A DNA stretch of 64,000 nt, taken from NCBI GenBank assembly GCA_000993405.1, contig LBWB01000007.1, positions 8,383-72,382 of the forward strand, read 5' to 3'. Below the pieces are notes generated by a model that saw only the letters and a list, made by a program, of their open reading frames with translations, searched no databases and had not been told where the DNA came from. The translations under genes and the position numbers were made by a program. Origin of the DNA: Candidatus Woesebacteria bacterium GW2011_GWB1_39_12. Its GTDB lineage: Bacteria > Patescibacteriota > Microgenomatia > UBA8517. Of the stretch, positions 1 to 10,048 are shown piece by piece (position 1 is the first letter of the stretch; each line of letters begins with the position of its first letter).

Positions 1-2
1 GA

Positions 3-200
3 ATGGAAGGACACGGAGACAAAAATCCTCCTGTAAATATCGAGATTGGTCCCGGTCAAAGCGGAAAAGTAGTAACTCGGTTTGACCCAGCAGCTCATGG
101 ACCTCAAGGAGTTGGACCTTTTGATAGAAGTATTTATCTTACCTTCAGCGATCCGGCAGGAGTGAAGGAATTGAAATTTAATGGAGTGGTTGTCAAATGA
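3..200 (+). CDS. DUF1573-like Ig-fold protein, C-terminal part (probably truncated by window edge)
   Basis: FDPAAHGPQGVGPFDRSIYL resembles the FDPAVH...TRFIYV motif of the paralog at 5560-6048. Confidence 0.65.
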   Translation: MEGHGDKNPPVNIEIGPGQSGKVVTRFDPAAHGPQGVGPFDRSIYLTFSDPAGVKELKFNGVVVK

Positions 201-724
201 AGAAAGCAATAATATTTATAAAAGTTATAACGATTATAAATATTATATTGCTTGGATTTCCGAAGGAAATCCAAGCGCACTGTCCTTTATGTGTTGCCGG
301 AGCTGCAGCGGGAATAACTTTGACCCGATGGGTTGGGGTTGACGATTCAATAACTGGGATCTGGATTGGCGCGTTTTTAGGTGCCAGTGCCTTTTGGCTA
401 TTAAGGTTGTTAGGTCAAAGAAACAAGATCTTTTTTAATCGTTTCGTGGGGGCCGGAATATATATTTTGATTTTTATTACCACCCTTTGGTCCTTTTATA
501 AATTCAAACTAGTTATAAGGATGGATAGTATATTCGGCTTCGATAAACTCACTTTTGGCATGGTTCTGGGAAGCGCGGTTTTTTATTTAGTTGACCTCGT
601 TAACATTATTCTGAAAAGGAAAAACGGTAAATCTCTTTTTCCATACCAATCGATGGTTTTCAGTTTAGGTTCAATTGTTGTTACAAGTTTAGGAGTTTTT
701 GTTCTCATAAACTATTTTATTTAA
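197..724 (+). CDS. Membrane protein with HCPLC motif
   Basis: Several hydrophobic segments; CxxC after a signal-like N-terminus; ATGA overlap with upstream gene. Confidence 0.7.
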   Translation: MKKAIIFIKVITIINIILLGFPKEIQAHCPLCVAGAAAGITLTRWVGVDDSITGIWIGAFLGASAFWLLRLLGQRNKIFFNRFVGAGIYILIFITTLWSFYKFKLVIRMDSIFGFDKLTFGMVLGSAVFYLVDLVNIILKRKNGKSLFPYQSMVFSLGSIVVTSLGVFVLINYFI

Positions 725-727
725 AAG

Positions 728-1936
728 TTGCGGCTTAAAAATATGACTATAAAAAAGAAAAAAAATAAAGATTTACTGAAATTTGGTGCCTTTGTTTTAT
801 TGATAATCTTTGGTTTTTTGCTTGGGACAGGTAGACAGAAAATAACAAAGAGTTTATTTTCAGGGAAAGTACTGGTCTCCGAAGAAATTTCGGCAAAGGA
901 ACTAAATAAGCTTCTAAAAAATAAAAACTTCACCTTCATTAATGTCCACACGCCTTATGAAGGAGAGATTGAAAAAACTGACATGTTTATTGACTACGAT
1001 ATGATTACAGCAAGTAAAGATAAATTACCAAAAGATAAAAACGCCGAAATTGTTCTTTACTGCAAGAGTGGCAAAATGAGCGCCGATGCTCTTACAACTT
1101 TAAAAAGTTTAGGATATAAAAACGTACGTCACCTAGCCGGCGGAATGGATTCTTGGAAAGATGAAGGCTTTAATCTCCTTGACTTATCAAATCTTTCCAA
1201 TCAGATATTGCCAGAAGAAGGATTTGAATTGCCGATTTCCTGGAGTGACATGGGGCCCAAGCTCGTTTCTTTGGGCGTTATTGATAAAAGTAAATTTGAA
1301 AAGGCCGTAAAAATGGATGAAGGACAAAAAGAGATTCTATCTGAAGGTTCTAATGATCCTATTAGAATTAATTCCGCCAATTCCCAGTTTGTTGTAGATA
1401 TGCTCTGGGCATTTGGTCTTGCTCAAAAATCAAAAGTTTATGACGAGGGTCCGATGGGTAAAGAATATAATAAGGATATTGGAAATTTCGCTTCCACTGG
1501 AGGTTGGAGTTTGGCAAAGGGCGATGCGGTTAATTACCTTAATAAAGAGAATCTAATTCCTCTTAATGAGGAGCAGCAGGGTAAAGTTGCTGAGATTTCA
1601 AAATACGTTTTCAGGCCATGTTGTGGGAATCCTACTTGGTTTCCAGATTGTAATCACGGAATGGCTGCTCTTGCCGCAATTGAACTCATGGTCTATCGGG
1701 GAATTTCTGATGATGAAATTTACAAAAATGTTCTCAAGTTAAATTCTTTTTGGTTTCCAAGTCATTATTTAACCCTTGGGACATACTTTGCACGGCAAGG
1801 AATAGGCTGGGATAAAGTTGATGCAAAACTTGCTTTGAGCGAAGAATATTCTTCAGGCCAAGCAGCCGGGAAGCTATTACAAAAAGTGGGACCGCTACCT
1901 TTCGATACGAAGTTCGGAGGAGGCTGCGGAGCGTAA
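728..1936 (+). CDS. Membrane-anchored rhodanese-domain protein with Cys-rich C-terminal domain
   Basis: Rhodanese motifs IVLYCKSG and LAGGMDSW; RPCC...DCNH and terminal GGGCGA; real start may be the ATG at 741. Confidence 0.75.
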   Translation: MRLKNMTIKKKKNKDLLKFGAFVLLIIFGFLLGTGRQKITKSLFSGKVLVSEEISAKELNKLLKNKNFTFINVHTPYEGEIEKTDMFIDYDMITASKDKLPKDKNAEIVLYCKSGKMSADALTTLKSLGYKNVRHLAGGMDSWKDEGFNLLDLSNLSNQILPEEGFELPISWSDMGPKLVSLGVIDKSKFEKAVKMDEGQKEILSEGSNDPIRINSANSQFVVDMLWAFGLAQKSKVYDEGPMGKEYNKDIGNFASTGGWSLAKGDAVNYLNKENLIPLNEEQQGKVAEISKYVFRPCCGNPTWFPDCNHGMAALAAIELMVYRGISDDEIYKNVLKLNSFWFPSHYLTLGTYFARQGIGWDKVDAKLALSEEYSSGQAAGKLLQKVGPLPFDTKFGGGCGA

Positions 1937-1975
1937 AGAAAGTTTGGCAAAGAAAACGAGAGGAAGTGAGAGATT

Positions 1976-2245
1976 ATGAAATTTAATGAGAAAGTATGGG
2001 CAAACACGACCGCCGTGTTTGTAGGCGTAGTTTATCTTTTTTGTAGGTTTGCTATTGCACTTTTCCCCGGATTTAGTATGGCGGTTACAAGAAGTTGGTT
2101 CCATGGTTTTGATGTAGCCAGAATATGGACACCTCGCGCATTTTCAGAAAATTTTCTACTGGGATTTGTGACGGCAGTTGCCCTTTCATGGTTGGCAGGC
2201 TGGCTTTTTGCATGGCTATATAACTATTTTTCGGTAAAAAAGTGA
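1976..2245 (+). CDS. Small membrane protein (DUF5676-like, seen in copper clusters)
   Basis: Two hydrophobic segments, WFHG motif, FAWLYN C-terminus. Confidence 0.65.
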   Translation: MKFNEKVWANTTAVFVGVVYLFCRFAIALFPGFSMAVTRSWFHGFDVARIWTPRAFSENFLLGFVTAVALSWLAGWLFAWLYNYFSVKK

Positions 2246-2418
2246 CCAGAATTAAGATAGAAAAAGTACGCGATCCTGTTTGCGGGATGATAAAGCCCAA
2301 AAGTAAAATGAGGGCTATTTCTATTTATATGGGGAAAAAGTATTATTTTTGTACGGAAGGTGACAAGAGAATGTTTGATAGACATCCAGAACATTGGATT
2401 CCAAAAGGTGGTGAGTAA
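2242..2418 (+). CDS. YHS-domain protein, 58 aa (absent from the ORF track)
   Basis: Own translation: MTRIKIEKVRDPVCGMIKPKSKMRAISIYMGKKYYFCTEGDKRMFDRHPEHWIPKGGE; DPVCGM and YYFC are YHS signatures; GTGA overlap upstream and next ATG at 2420. Confidence 0.85.
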   Translation: MTRIKIEKVRDPVCGMIKPKSKMRAISIYMGKKYYFCTEGDKRMFDRHPEHWIPKGGE

Positions 2419-2419
2419 T

Positions 2420-2845
2420 ATGGATAAAACTTTAACTTACGCAATAATTGGGGGGTTGGTGGGTGTTGTCGCGACCCTTCTAATCACTAACTACTCAGTT
2501 AATAACAGGAATTACGGTATGATGAGAATGATGGGTATGGGAGGTGGAATAGAGACTATGATGCAGGGAGAGAAGTGCCCTATGATGAAAGAGGGAGAGA
2601 AAAATGAAAATATGGGAATGAGTATAAATGAAATGACAGGGAGTTTAATCGGAGTGCGCGGTGAGGAATTCGAAAAAGCTTTTATCGAGACAATGATTGC
2701 GCATCATCAGGGGGCAATTGACATGGCAAAGCTCATCCCGTCACGAACAGACAAGCCTGAATTAAATAAACTTGGTGAGGATATCATAAGCGCTCAGTCG
2801 AAAGAGATTGAGATGATGGAAGGTTGGATGGAGGACTGGTTCTAA
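2420..2845 (+). CDS. DUF305 / CopM-like Met-rich metal-binding protein
   Basis: MIAHHQGAIDMA and IISAQSKEIEMM motifs; start moved to ATG 2420 because the YHS gene occupies the upstream region. Confidence 0.8.
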   Translation: MDKTLTYAIIGGLVGVVATLLITNYSVNNRNYGMMRMMGMGGGIETMMQGEKCPMMKEGEKNENMGMSINEMTGSLIGVRGEEFEKAFIETMIAHHQGAIDMAKLIPSRTDKPELNKLGEDIISAQSKEIEMMEGWMEDWF

Positions 2846-2912
2846 AATGGGAATGGATAAGCAAAGCTTGGCCGAGTCAGACTCGGTAAGCAAAGCTTGG
2901 CCATAATAAATT

Positions 2913-3266
2913 ATGGATAAAATTTTAGTTACAACGGTTGGTATGGGATTAATTGGTTTTATCTGGTGGTTTTTCTTTGGAAAAAAAGAAAAAGCTATTG
3001 TTGCAGGTGATGTGTTGGAGATTCTTGTAGATGGGGGATATAAACCTGCCTTGATAAGGCTTAAGAAAGGTAAAAAGACAACCCTAAAAATTACACGGCG
3101 TGATCCTAACAGTTGTTTGGAAGAAATAATATTACCCGATTTTAAGATTAAAAAGTTTTTATCTCTTAACAAAGAAGTGGAAATATCTATTATTCCTCAA
3201 AAAACAGGTGAATTCGGATTTCACTGTGGAATGAATATGTATCATGGAAAAATCATTGTCGAATAA
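2913..3266 (+). CDS. Cupredoxin-domain protein (CupA-like)
   Basis: GGYKP, SCLEEI and [10 protein letters not shown] motifs; N-terminal membrane anchor; directly before CopA. Confidence 0.85.
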   Translation: MDKILVTTVGMGLIGFIWWFFFGKKEKAIVAGDVLEILVDGGYKPALIRLKKGKKTTLKITRRDPNSCLEEIILPDFKIKKFLSLNKEVEISIIPQKTGEFGFHCGMNMYHGKIIVE

Positions 3267-5550
3267 TAAGTTTGTTAAGAAATCGTTTCCCATAGTTGGG
3301 ATGCACTGTGCTAGTTGTGCGAAGCTTATTGAAAGAAAACTTACGGGAACTCCAGGTGTTTTAAGCGCTTCCGTGAACTATGGCAGTGAGCAAGCCTCGG
3401 TTGATTTAGATCCAACGGTTACTGATGAGCAACTGGCAAAATCCGTTGAAGAGGCTGGATATAAAGCAATAATAGGGCAAAGCATAGAGGACAAAGGTCA
3501 GAGAACTCCGGAAGAAATAAAAGAGGAAGAGAAGAAGAAAGAACTTAAAAGTCTAAAGAATAAAGTCATATTATCATCCATACTTTCTGCCCTTGTATTC
3601 GTTGGAAGTTTTCCAGAGTGGTTTACTTTTGTACCCAGATTTTTAACCAATCCATATGCACTCCTTTTGTTGTCGACACCCGTACAATTTTGGGCTGGGT
3701 GGGGTTTTTATCAAGCAACTTGGTCTGGACTTCGGAATAGAACGGCCAGCATGGATACTTTAATTGCTATCGGAACCTCAGCGGCATTTGGTTATTCGTT
3801 AATATCCGTATTTTTTGGAGGACATATGTACTTTGATACAGCGGCCGTTATTATAACTTTAATTCTTCTGGGCAGATTTTTAGAAGCGAAAGCAAAAGCC
3901 CATACATCTGACGCTATAAAAAAGCTTCTGGGACTTCAAGCAAAAACTGCCCGTGTCAAGCGCGGTTCGAAAGAAATTGATATCCCAATAGAAGAAGTTG
4001 TAGTGGGGGATTTAATTCGAGTTAGACCGGGAGAGAAAGTTCCTACGGACGGTGTGATTGTGGAAGGCATAAGCTCAATTGACGAATCAATGGTAACTGG
4101 AGAATCTATTCCGGTTGATAAGAAAGCTGGAGACAATGTGATCGGTGCGACCATCAATAAATCCGGAAGCTTCATTTTTAAGGCTACTAAAATTGGGAAT
4201 GACACGATGCTTGCCCAAATTGTAAAAATGGTTGCTGAAGCCCAAAGTTCCCGTGCTCCCATTCAAAGATTGGTGGATGTAATCTCCTCGTATTTTGTAC
4301 CTGCAGTTTTAATGATGGCTGTCGCGACTTTTGTGATTTGGTATGTTATAACCCCGAGCGGAGTCGAGGGGATTTCTTATGCTCTTTCGAACATGATTGC
4401 AGTCCTTATTATCGCTTGTCCCTGTGCAATGGGGCTGGCAACTCCAACAGCCATTATGGTCGGGACCGGAAAAGGTGCAGAAAAAGGAATTTTGATTAAG
4501 GACGCAGAGGCACTTGAGACAGCAAATAAGGTAAAAACAATAATTTTTGACAAAACGGGAACATTAACAGAAGGGAAACCGAAGGTTACAGATGTGATTA
4601 AAGTGGACAGTGGACAGTGGACAGTGGACAGTGTTTTAAGGGTAGCTGCATCGTTGGAAAAGGGATCGGAACATGCTTTAGGTGAAGCCATTTTGAAAAA
4701 AGCTGAAGAGGAAAAGATAGTTTTCAAAAAGGTTGGAAGCTTTCAAGCAATTCCGGGGCACGGTATTGAAGGAAATATCGATGGAAAAAGATATTTTCTT
4801 GGAAATAGAGCCTTAATGGAAAAAGAAGGTGTGGAATATAAAAATTCAGAAAATCAGATCGCAAAATTAGAAGAAGAGGGGAAGACTGTCATGCTACTAG
4901 CCACTGTCAGTCATCCTGAACTTGTTTTAGGGTCTAAGATGCTGAAAAAGTTTCAGCATGACAAAGGAGTAGTATTAGGCATTATTGCTGTTGCTGATAC
5001 TCTTAAAATTGGAGTTGAGGAAGTGATTAAGCGATTAAGTGAGAAGGGAATTGAGGTTTGGATGATAACCGGGGATAACGAAAGGACGGCTAAAGCTATC
5101 TCAGAGGAGGCAGGAATTAAAAACGTCATGGCGGGAGTATTGCCGGATCAAAAAGCAGAGAAAGTTAAAGAATTTAAACACCGATCACTAACCATTGCTT
5201 TTGTTGGCGATGGAGTTAATGATGCACCTGCGTTGGCCGCGTCTGACGTCGGGATAGCAATGGGAACAGGAACTGACGTTGCAATTGAATCCGCTGGGAT
5301 AACTCTTCTTAATCGTGACATTCATTCGGTTTTAACGGCTTTGAATCTAAGCCGTGTGACGCTTTCCGTCATAAAGCAGAATCTTTTCTGGGCATTTGGT
5401 TATAATATTGTTTTGATTCCTGTAGCAATGGGAATTCTTTATCCCTTCTTTGGTTGGCTTCTTAATCCTGCTCTTGCTGCCTTCGCCATGGCCGCAAGTT
5501 CCATTTCGGTTGTTACAAACTCCCTGAGACTTAAAAAAGTTAAAATCTAA
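3244..5550 (+). CDS. copA: Cu(I)-exporting P1B-type ATPase
   Basis: GMHCASC metal-binding domain, [22 protein letters not shown] and MAASS motifs. Confidence 0.95.
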   Translation: MEKSLSNNKFVKKSFPIVGMHCASCAKLIERKLTGTPGVLSASVNYGSEQASVDLDPTVTDEQLAKSVEEAGYKAIIGQSIEDKGQRTPEEIKEEEKKKELKSLKNKVILSSILSALVFVGSFPEWFTFVPRFLTNPYALLLLSTPVQFWAGWGFYQATWSGLRNRTASMDTLIAIGTSAAFGYSLISVFFGGHMYFDTAAVIITLILLGRFLEAKAKAHTSDAIKKLLGLQAKTARVKRGSKEIDIPIEEVVVGDLIRVRPGEKVPTDGVIVEGISSIDESMVTGESIPVDKKAGDNVIGATINKSGSFIFKATKIGNDTMLAQIVKMVAEAQSSRAPIQRLVDVISSYFVPAVLMMAVATFVIWYVITPSGVEGISYALSNMIAVLIIACPCAMGLATPTAIMVGTGKGAEKGILIKDAEALETANKVKTIIFDKTGTLTEGKPKVTDVIKVDSGQWTVDSVLRVAASLEKGSEHALGEAILKKAEEEKIVFKKVGSFQAIPGHGIEGNIDGKRYFLGNRALMEKEGVEYKNSENQIAKLEEEGKTVMLLATVSHPELVLGSKMLKKFQHDKGVVLGIIAVADTLKIGVEEVIKRLSEKGIEVWMITGDNERTAKAISEEAGIKNVMAGVLPDQKAEKVKEFKHRSLTIAFVGDGVNDAPALAASDVGIAMGTGTDVAIESAGITLLNRDIHSVLTALNLSRVTLSVIKQNLFWAFGYNIVLIPVAMGILYPFFGWLLNPALAAFAMAASSISVVTNSLRLKKVKI

Positions 5551-5559
5551 GATATAATA

Positions 5560-6048
5560 TTGGACATGAACTTTAATAGAATCATCAAACTGATTGTGGT
5601 TATAGTTCTGACTTTCGCAGCCGTGTTTATGGCCAGATCGGTAATAATTCAAAACGATCTGAAGGAGACTAAGAATTCTCCGAGTCAGGAAGCATCTGGG
5701 GAATCAAATTCAATCGTTCTAATTACTCCATCAAGTCAAAACTTGGGAAAGGTTATTTACGGCGATGTTGCCACCACCACGTTTACTTTGACGAATTCTA
5801 CGTCAAAAACCCTGAAGATTACCCGTGTTTCAACGTCATGTGGTTGTACAAAAGCTGAAGTTGAAAAGAAAGACTTGGGTGCCAATGAGATGACGGTAGT
5901 AAAGGTATCCTTTGATCCTGCCGTACACAAAGATGATACAGATATTGGGGAAGTAACTAGGTTTATCTATGTTGAGACTGATAATCCTGACTTTCCTCAA
6001 CTAACAAGTACTATAACCGCAAATGTCATCAAGGAAGCTTCACAGTAA
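5560..6048 (+). CDS. DUF1573-domain membrane-anchored protein
   Basis: TSCGCT motif, N-terminal transmembrane segment. Confidence 0.8.
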   Translation: MDMNFNRIIKLIVVIVLTFAAVFMARSVIIQNDLKETKNSPSQEASGESNSIVLITPSSQNLGKVIYGDVATTTFTLTNSTSKTLKITRVSTSCGCTKAEVEKKDLGANEMTVVKVSFDPAVHKDDTDIGEVTRFIYVETDNPDFPQLTSTITANVIKEASQ

Positions 6049-6161
6049 ACTATCAAAAGACATGGTGGTGCAAAAAGATTAATTACCGGTAGTGGATTTA
6101 GATTACCGAGGGTATCTGGTGGTTGACTTGAAGCTATCCTTAACGGTATAGTGAAAACCGT

Positions 6162-6485
6162 ATGGCTACTCTTGATGTTAGCGATTCAGAATTTGAAGAA
6201 AAGGTTTTGAAATCACAGATTCCCGTCTTGGTAGACTTTTGGGCGGTTTGGTGCGGACCCTGCAAGATGGCTGAACCTGTTCTCAATGAACTTTCAGATG
6301 AATATAAGGACAAACTTGTTATAATGAAATTAAACGTTGACGAGAATCAAGGAAGCACGCTTAAATACCAAGTTATGTCGATTCCTACAACCATTCTTTT
6401 TAAAGGAAGTCAGGAAGTAGGACGTCAAATTGGTTTTGCAGGTAAAAATGCATATGAAGATTTAATCAAGAAGGGGGTGAATTAG
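6162..6485 (+). CDS. trxA: Thioredoxin
   Basis: VDFWAVWCGPCK, SIPT cis-Pro motif. Confidence 0.95.
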   Translation: MATLDVSDSEFEEKVLKSQIPVLVDFWAVWCGPCKMAEPVLNELSDEYKDKLVIMKLNVDENQGSTLKYQVMSIPTTILFKGSQEVGRQIGFAGKNAYEDLIKKGVN

Positions 6486-6486
6486 G

Positions 6487-6861
6487 ATGGATCCAAATGA
6501 CACAAAAGTTAAAGGTTCAACTCCCGCAATGGGCACACCATTAGCATCGGATGATACGGGTATGGCGAGCGGTGGTGGACCTACGTCGACAACAGCGGAC
6601 GAACCCAAAATGCCAACGGGGATGCCAACAGGTGGTATGGGAATCAGTGTTCAACCTACGGACGAACCGGTAGCACCACTTCCTGGTGATCAACCTTCGG
6701 GAGGTATGGGTGGTTCAATGGGTGCAGAACCCGCTGAAGAAACACCGGAAACAACGTCTGAAAGTACTCCTTTAGGAGGTCTTCCTCCCACAAAAGAACC
6801 TGAAGAGGGTACTGGTACCGGGGTTCCGCCAGCAGGTGGAATGATGGGAGGAACAGTCTAA
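6487..6861 (+). CDS. Low-complexity acidic Pro/Gly/Thr/Met-rich hypothetical protein
   Basis: ORF directly after trxA with an SD-like GGGGGTGA; composition suggests disorder. Confidence 0.6.
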   Translation: MDPNDTKVKGSTPAMGTPLASDDTGMASGGGPTSTTADEPKMPTGMPTGGMGISVQPTDEPVAPLPGDQPSGGMGGSMGAEPAEETPETTSESTPLGGLPPTKEPEEGTGTGVPPAGGMMGGTV

Positions 6862-6923
6862 AGATATAGGACTTCATTTGTTTTAGAAATATATTTTTCT
6901 AAAGTTTTGTATGCTCGGAAAGT

Positions 6924-7892
6924 ATGACTGATAAAGACATATTTACGATCAAACCCAAAGAAGGTGAAGCTTGGGATGTGGTAATTATTGGGTCTGGTCC
7001 TGCAGCTTTGACTGCGGCGATATATACCACGCGTGGTGCTGCCTCTACACTAATTTTGGGAGGAGAGAGTTGGGGAGGACAGCTCATGCTGACTACAACG
7101 GTTGATAACTTTCCCGGTTTTCCAGATGGTATTCAAGGGCCTGACTTAATGAATTTGATGAGAAAGCAGGCTGAGCGTTTTGGGGCGGAGTTTGTACAAA
7201 AAAATGTGGAAACAGCGGACTTAGGTAAAAAACCCTTTGAATTAATTGCAGACGGAAAAAAATATTTATCTCGAACAGTAATAATTTCTACGGGAGCGAG
7301 CGATAAATGGCTTGCTATTCCGGGGGAGAAAGAGTTGGTAGGAAGAGGCGTTTCTACTTGTGCTCCATGCGATGCCCCGTTTTTTAAAAATAAAAAAGTA
7401 GCTGTCATTGGAGGTGGAGATTCTGCTTTAACTGAAGCGCTGGTTCTTACCAAATACGCAACCGAAGTTTTTATTATTCATAGAAGAGATCAATTTAGGG
7501 CTTCGGCCGCAATGCAGCAAAAAGTGCTAGATAATAAGAATATTAAGATTTTGTGGAATACTGAGGTTACTGAAATTGTCGGAAAAGACAAGGTAGAGAA
7601 GATACTTATCAAAAGTAATAAAGAGAATACTTCTGGAGAAATGGTTTTGGATGGAGTTTTTGTCGCTATCGGCCATGTTCCTGAAAGCAGGGTGTTCAAA
7701 GGACACATTGAACTTGATGAAAAGGGTTATATAAAAGTTAACGATCACACAAAGACAAACATAGAGGGAGTTTTTGTTGCGGGTGAAGTACATGATCAGC
7801 ATTATAAGCAGGCGATAACAACGGCGGGTTTTGGTTGTATGGCCGGAATGGACGTCCTACGTTACTTAGACAAAAGCGTTCCGAGTTGGTAA
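6924..7892 (+). CDS. trxB: Thioredoxin reductase
   Basis: GSGPAA, GGQL, CAPCD, GGGDSA and HRRD motifs. Confidence 0.95.
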   Translation: MTDKDIFTIKPKEGEAWDVVIIGSGPAALTAAIYTTRGAASTLILGGESWGGQLMLTTTVDNFPGFPDGIQGPDLMNLMRKQAERFGAEFVQKNVETADLGKKPFELIADGKKYLSRTVIISTGASDKWLAIPGEKELVGRGVSTCAPCDAPFFKNKKVAVIGGGDSALTEALVLTKYATEVFIIHRRDQFRASAAMQQKVLDNKNIKILWNTEVTEIVGKDKVEKILIKSNKENTSGEMVLDGVFVAIGHVPESRVFKGHIELDEKGYIKVNDHTKTNIEGVFVAGEVHDQHYKQAITTAGFGCMAGMDVLRYLDKSVPSW

Positions 7893-7937
7893 AGGACGGG
7901 GTTGACATATTCATTTCTTTCTTGCAGAATAGCTGAT

Positions 7938-8714
7938 ATGGCAAAATTGAAAGGCGGACTTCTTGAAAAACTTGTTCCTGTTCTTCTTGTTGCTTCGATA
8001 GGATTAGCATTTGCTGTTGGTGTTTTGTGGCAGAAGGTAAGCCAGTTGGAAGGCGGGGGAACGAAGGTTCCAACGACAACTACTGGAGCTAATGATTCAG
8101 GTAATGCAGCGGCGCAGCCCCAAGCTGCTTCAAAACTCAGTAATTTGGAAGGTGTTGTTTCGACAATAGGAGTTGATGTAAATAAGTATAAATCTTGTGT
8201 TGAAGCCGGAAAATATAAAGATAGAGTAGAGAATGACTATCAAGGTGGAATACAAGCAGGCGTACAAGGAACTCCCGGAAGTTTTATAGTCAACAAAAAG
8301 GGTGAAGTTTGGTTTGTTGCAGGAGCATATCCATACGAGAGTGTCAAACAAGTTATTGATATGGCTTTAGGCAAGGGAACTGGAACACTTCCGCAAGGAG
8401 TAGAGAAATATTCCGCTGATAAGGCGGCAAAGCTTCCTAAACTAACTAGTAGCGATCATGTTCGTGGAGATAGGAATGCGGATGTTCTTTTGATCGAATA
8501 TTCAGACTTTCAATGTCCTTTCTGTCAGAGATTTCATCCGACTGCGCAACAAGCTTTGGACGAAAACAAGGAGGTTGCTTGGGTTTACCGCCATTTCCCG
8601 TTAGATCAACTTCATCCGCTTGCGCGCCCGGCTGCTTTGGCTTCAGAATGTGTAGCTGAAATTGGCGGGGATGAAGCTTTCTGGAAATTTGCAGATGAAG
8701 TATTTGGTAGTTAG
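7938..8714 (+). CDS. DsbA-family oxidoreductase with the thioredoxin subdomains in permuted order
   Basis: EYSDFQCPFC and YRHFPL near the C-terminus, GVQGTP in the N-terminal half; the TTG at 7902 looks like a -35 box, so start set at ATG 7938. Confidence 0.8.
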   Translation: MAKLKGGLLEKLVPVLLVASIGLAFAVGVLWQKVSQLEGGGTKVPTTTTGANDSGNAAAQPQAASKLSNLEGVVSTIGVDVNKYKSCVEAGKYKDRVENDYQGGIQAGVQGTPGSFIVNKKGEVWFVAGAYPYESVKQVIDMALGKGTGTLPQGVEKYSADKAAKLPKLTSSDHVRGDRNADVLLIEYSDFQCPFCQRFHPTAQQALDENKEVAWVYRHFPLDQLHPLARPAALASECVAEIGGDEAFWKFADEVFGS

Positions 8715-9235
8715 TTTAAAGATTCTAGAATCTTATAAGCAACAACCGCTGCTGAGCCCCAGACATTAAAGGATCGATTTACTCCAAACATCGGTAATTC
8801 TACAATTAGGTCCGCTTCGTCTAAAACTTTCTGGTCTATACCTTCTGTTTCGTTTCCGACAACTATGGCGCAAGGAAAATAAGGTTTGAGATTTGAGTAA
8901 GAGACAGAGAGGGAGGATTGTTCAACTGCGATGATTTGGATACCTTCTTTTTTAAGTTTTTTAGCTGTTTCTAAAGTTGATTCAGATTTTTCCCAAGGAA
9001 CCCAAGTTTCTGTTCCGACCGCCGCTTTGTGAATTCTTGACGAAGGGGGATATTCCATTTCTCCACATAAATACATTTTGGTAGCTGCAATAGCATCAGC
9101 CAGTCGGAAAAGTGAACCGATATTGTATGTATCGATAATTTGGTCGAGTACCAAATAAATCGGATTTCTTTTAATTTTTTTAAGCTCGTTTTGCGCGGGT
9201 ACAGACTTTCTTAATTGTTTCGCGTTTAATTTCAT
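8711..9235 (-). CDS. TrmH/SpoU-family RNA methyltransferase
   Basis: NIGSLFR, VGNETEG and LPMFGVNRSFNV SPOUT motifs. Confidence 0.9.
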   Translation of the reverse strand: MKLNAKQLRKSVPAQNELKKIKRNPIYLVLDQIIDTYNIGSLFRLADAIAATKMYLCGEMEYPPSSRIHKAAVGTETWVPWEKSESTLETAKKLKKEGIQIIAVEQSSLSVSYSNLKPYFPCAIVVGNETEGIDQKVLDEADLIVELPMFGVNRSFNVWGSAAVVAYKILESLN

Positions 9236-9256
9236 ATGAAGAGTTAATTAGTAGAG

Positions 9257-9329
9257 TGACCCCACCCGGATTCGAACCGGGGTTTACGGGATGAAAACCC
9301 GCCGTCCTAGGCCTCTAGACGATGGGGCC
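9257..9329 (-). tRNA. tRNA-Glu(TTC)
   Basis: Cloverleaf GGCCCCA...TGGGGTC, anticodon loop TTTTCAT, T loop GGTTCGAATCC. Confidence 0.93.
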
Positions 9330-9386
9330 AAGTCTAACCTGACTCGCTTACAAATACGTCTTCATGCGAAGCCGCGTTTGACGCGG

Positions 9387-9458
9387 TGAGCCCGGAGCGG
9401 ATCGAACGCTCAACCATCACCTTAAAAGGGTGTTGCTCTACCATTGAGCTACGGGCCC
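9387..9458 (-). tRNA. tRNA-Lys(TTT)
   Basis: GGGCCCGTAGCTCAATGGTAGAGC, loop CTTTTAA, GTTCGATCC. Confidence 0.92.
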
Positions 9459-9754
9459 TCGTCGAAATAGACTACGCTTGCCGCAAACCGCGAACGCTTT
9501 TTGCTTAACGCTTCGTTATTTCTCCTCTCAAAATTTCTTCGAAATTTTGTGTGTTTTTTAAAGAAAGACAGTAGATATTATACAGCACCAAGCTCATATG
9601 GTAAAATATCAAAGCTAGATTTGCTTATTACGGAGTCGTCTGGCGCGAAGCGCAAAGGAAAGACTTTTAGTCTTGACGCCATGGTAAGCAAAGCTTGGCC
9701 ATTTGGAATACTAAATGGTAGGACTCCTGCGAAGCAGGAGTAAAACTATTACGT

Positions 9755-9826
9755 TGCGGAGTCGTCTAATGGTAGGACGTCACCCTTTGGAGGTGAATAT
9801 TCTTGGTTCGAATCCAAGCTCCGCAG
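9755..9826 (+). tRNA. tRNA-Gln(TTG)
   Basis: TGCGGAG/CTCCGCA acceptor stem, loop CTTTGGA, GGTTCGAATCC. Confidence 0.92.
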
Positions 9827-10048
9827 CTCTTCGACAAACTCAGTGCTTTAGCACTAAAGTTGTTGAAGTTATAACTGGGATGAGAAGTTTACCCTGAACA
9901 GAGTCAAGGAGAGTTCTCTTTCCGCAGCAAAACCAGAATGCTCCAGAAGTCTTAATACCCGAAAAAAATCTTAAGGCGTTGTCTCTGAATAAAATTGCCC
10001 TTGACATATATATAGTTATAGATCGATAATTGTCCTATAAGTGAAGTT

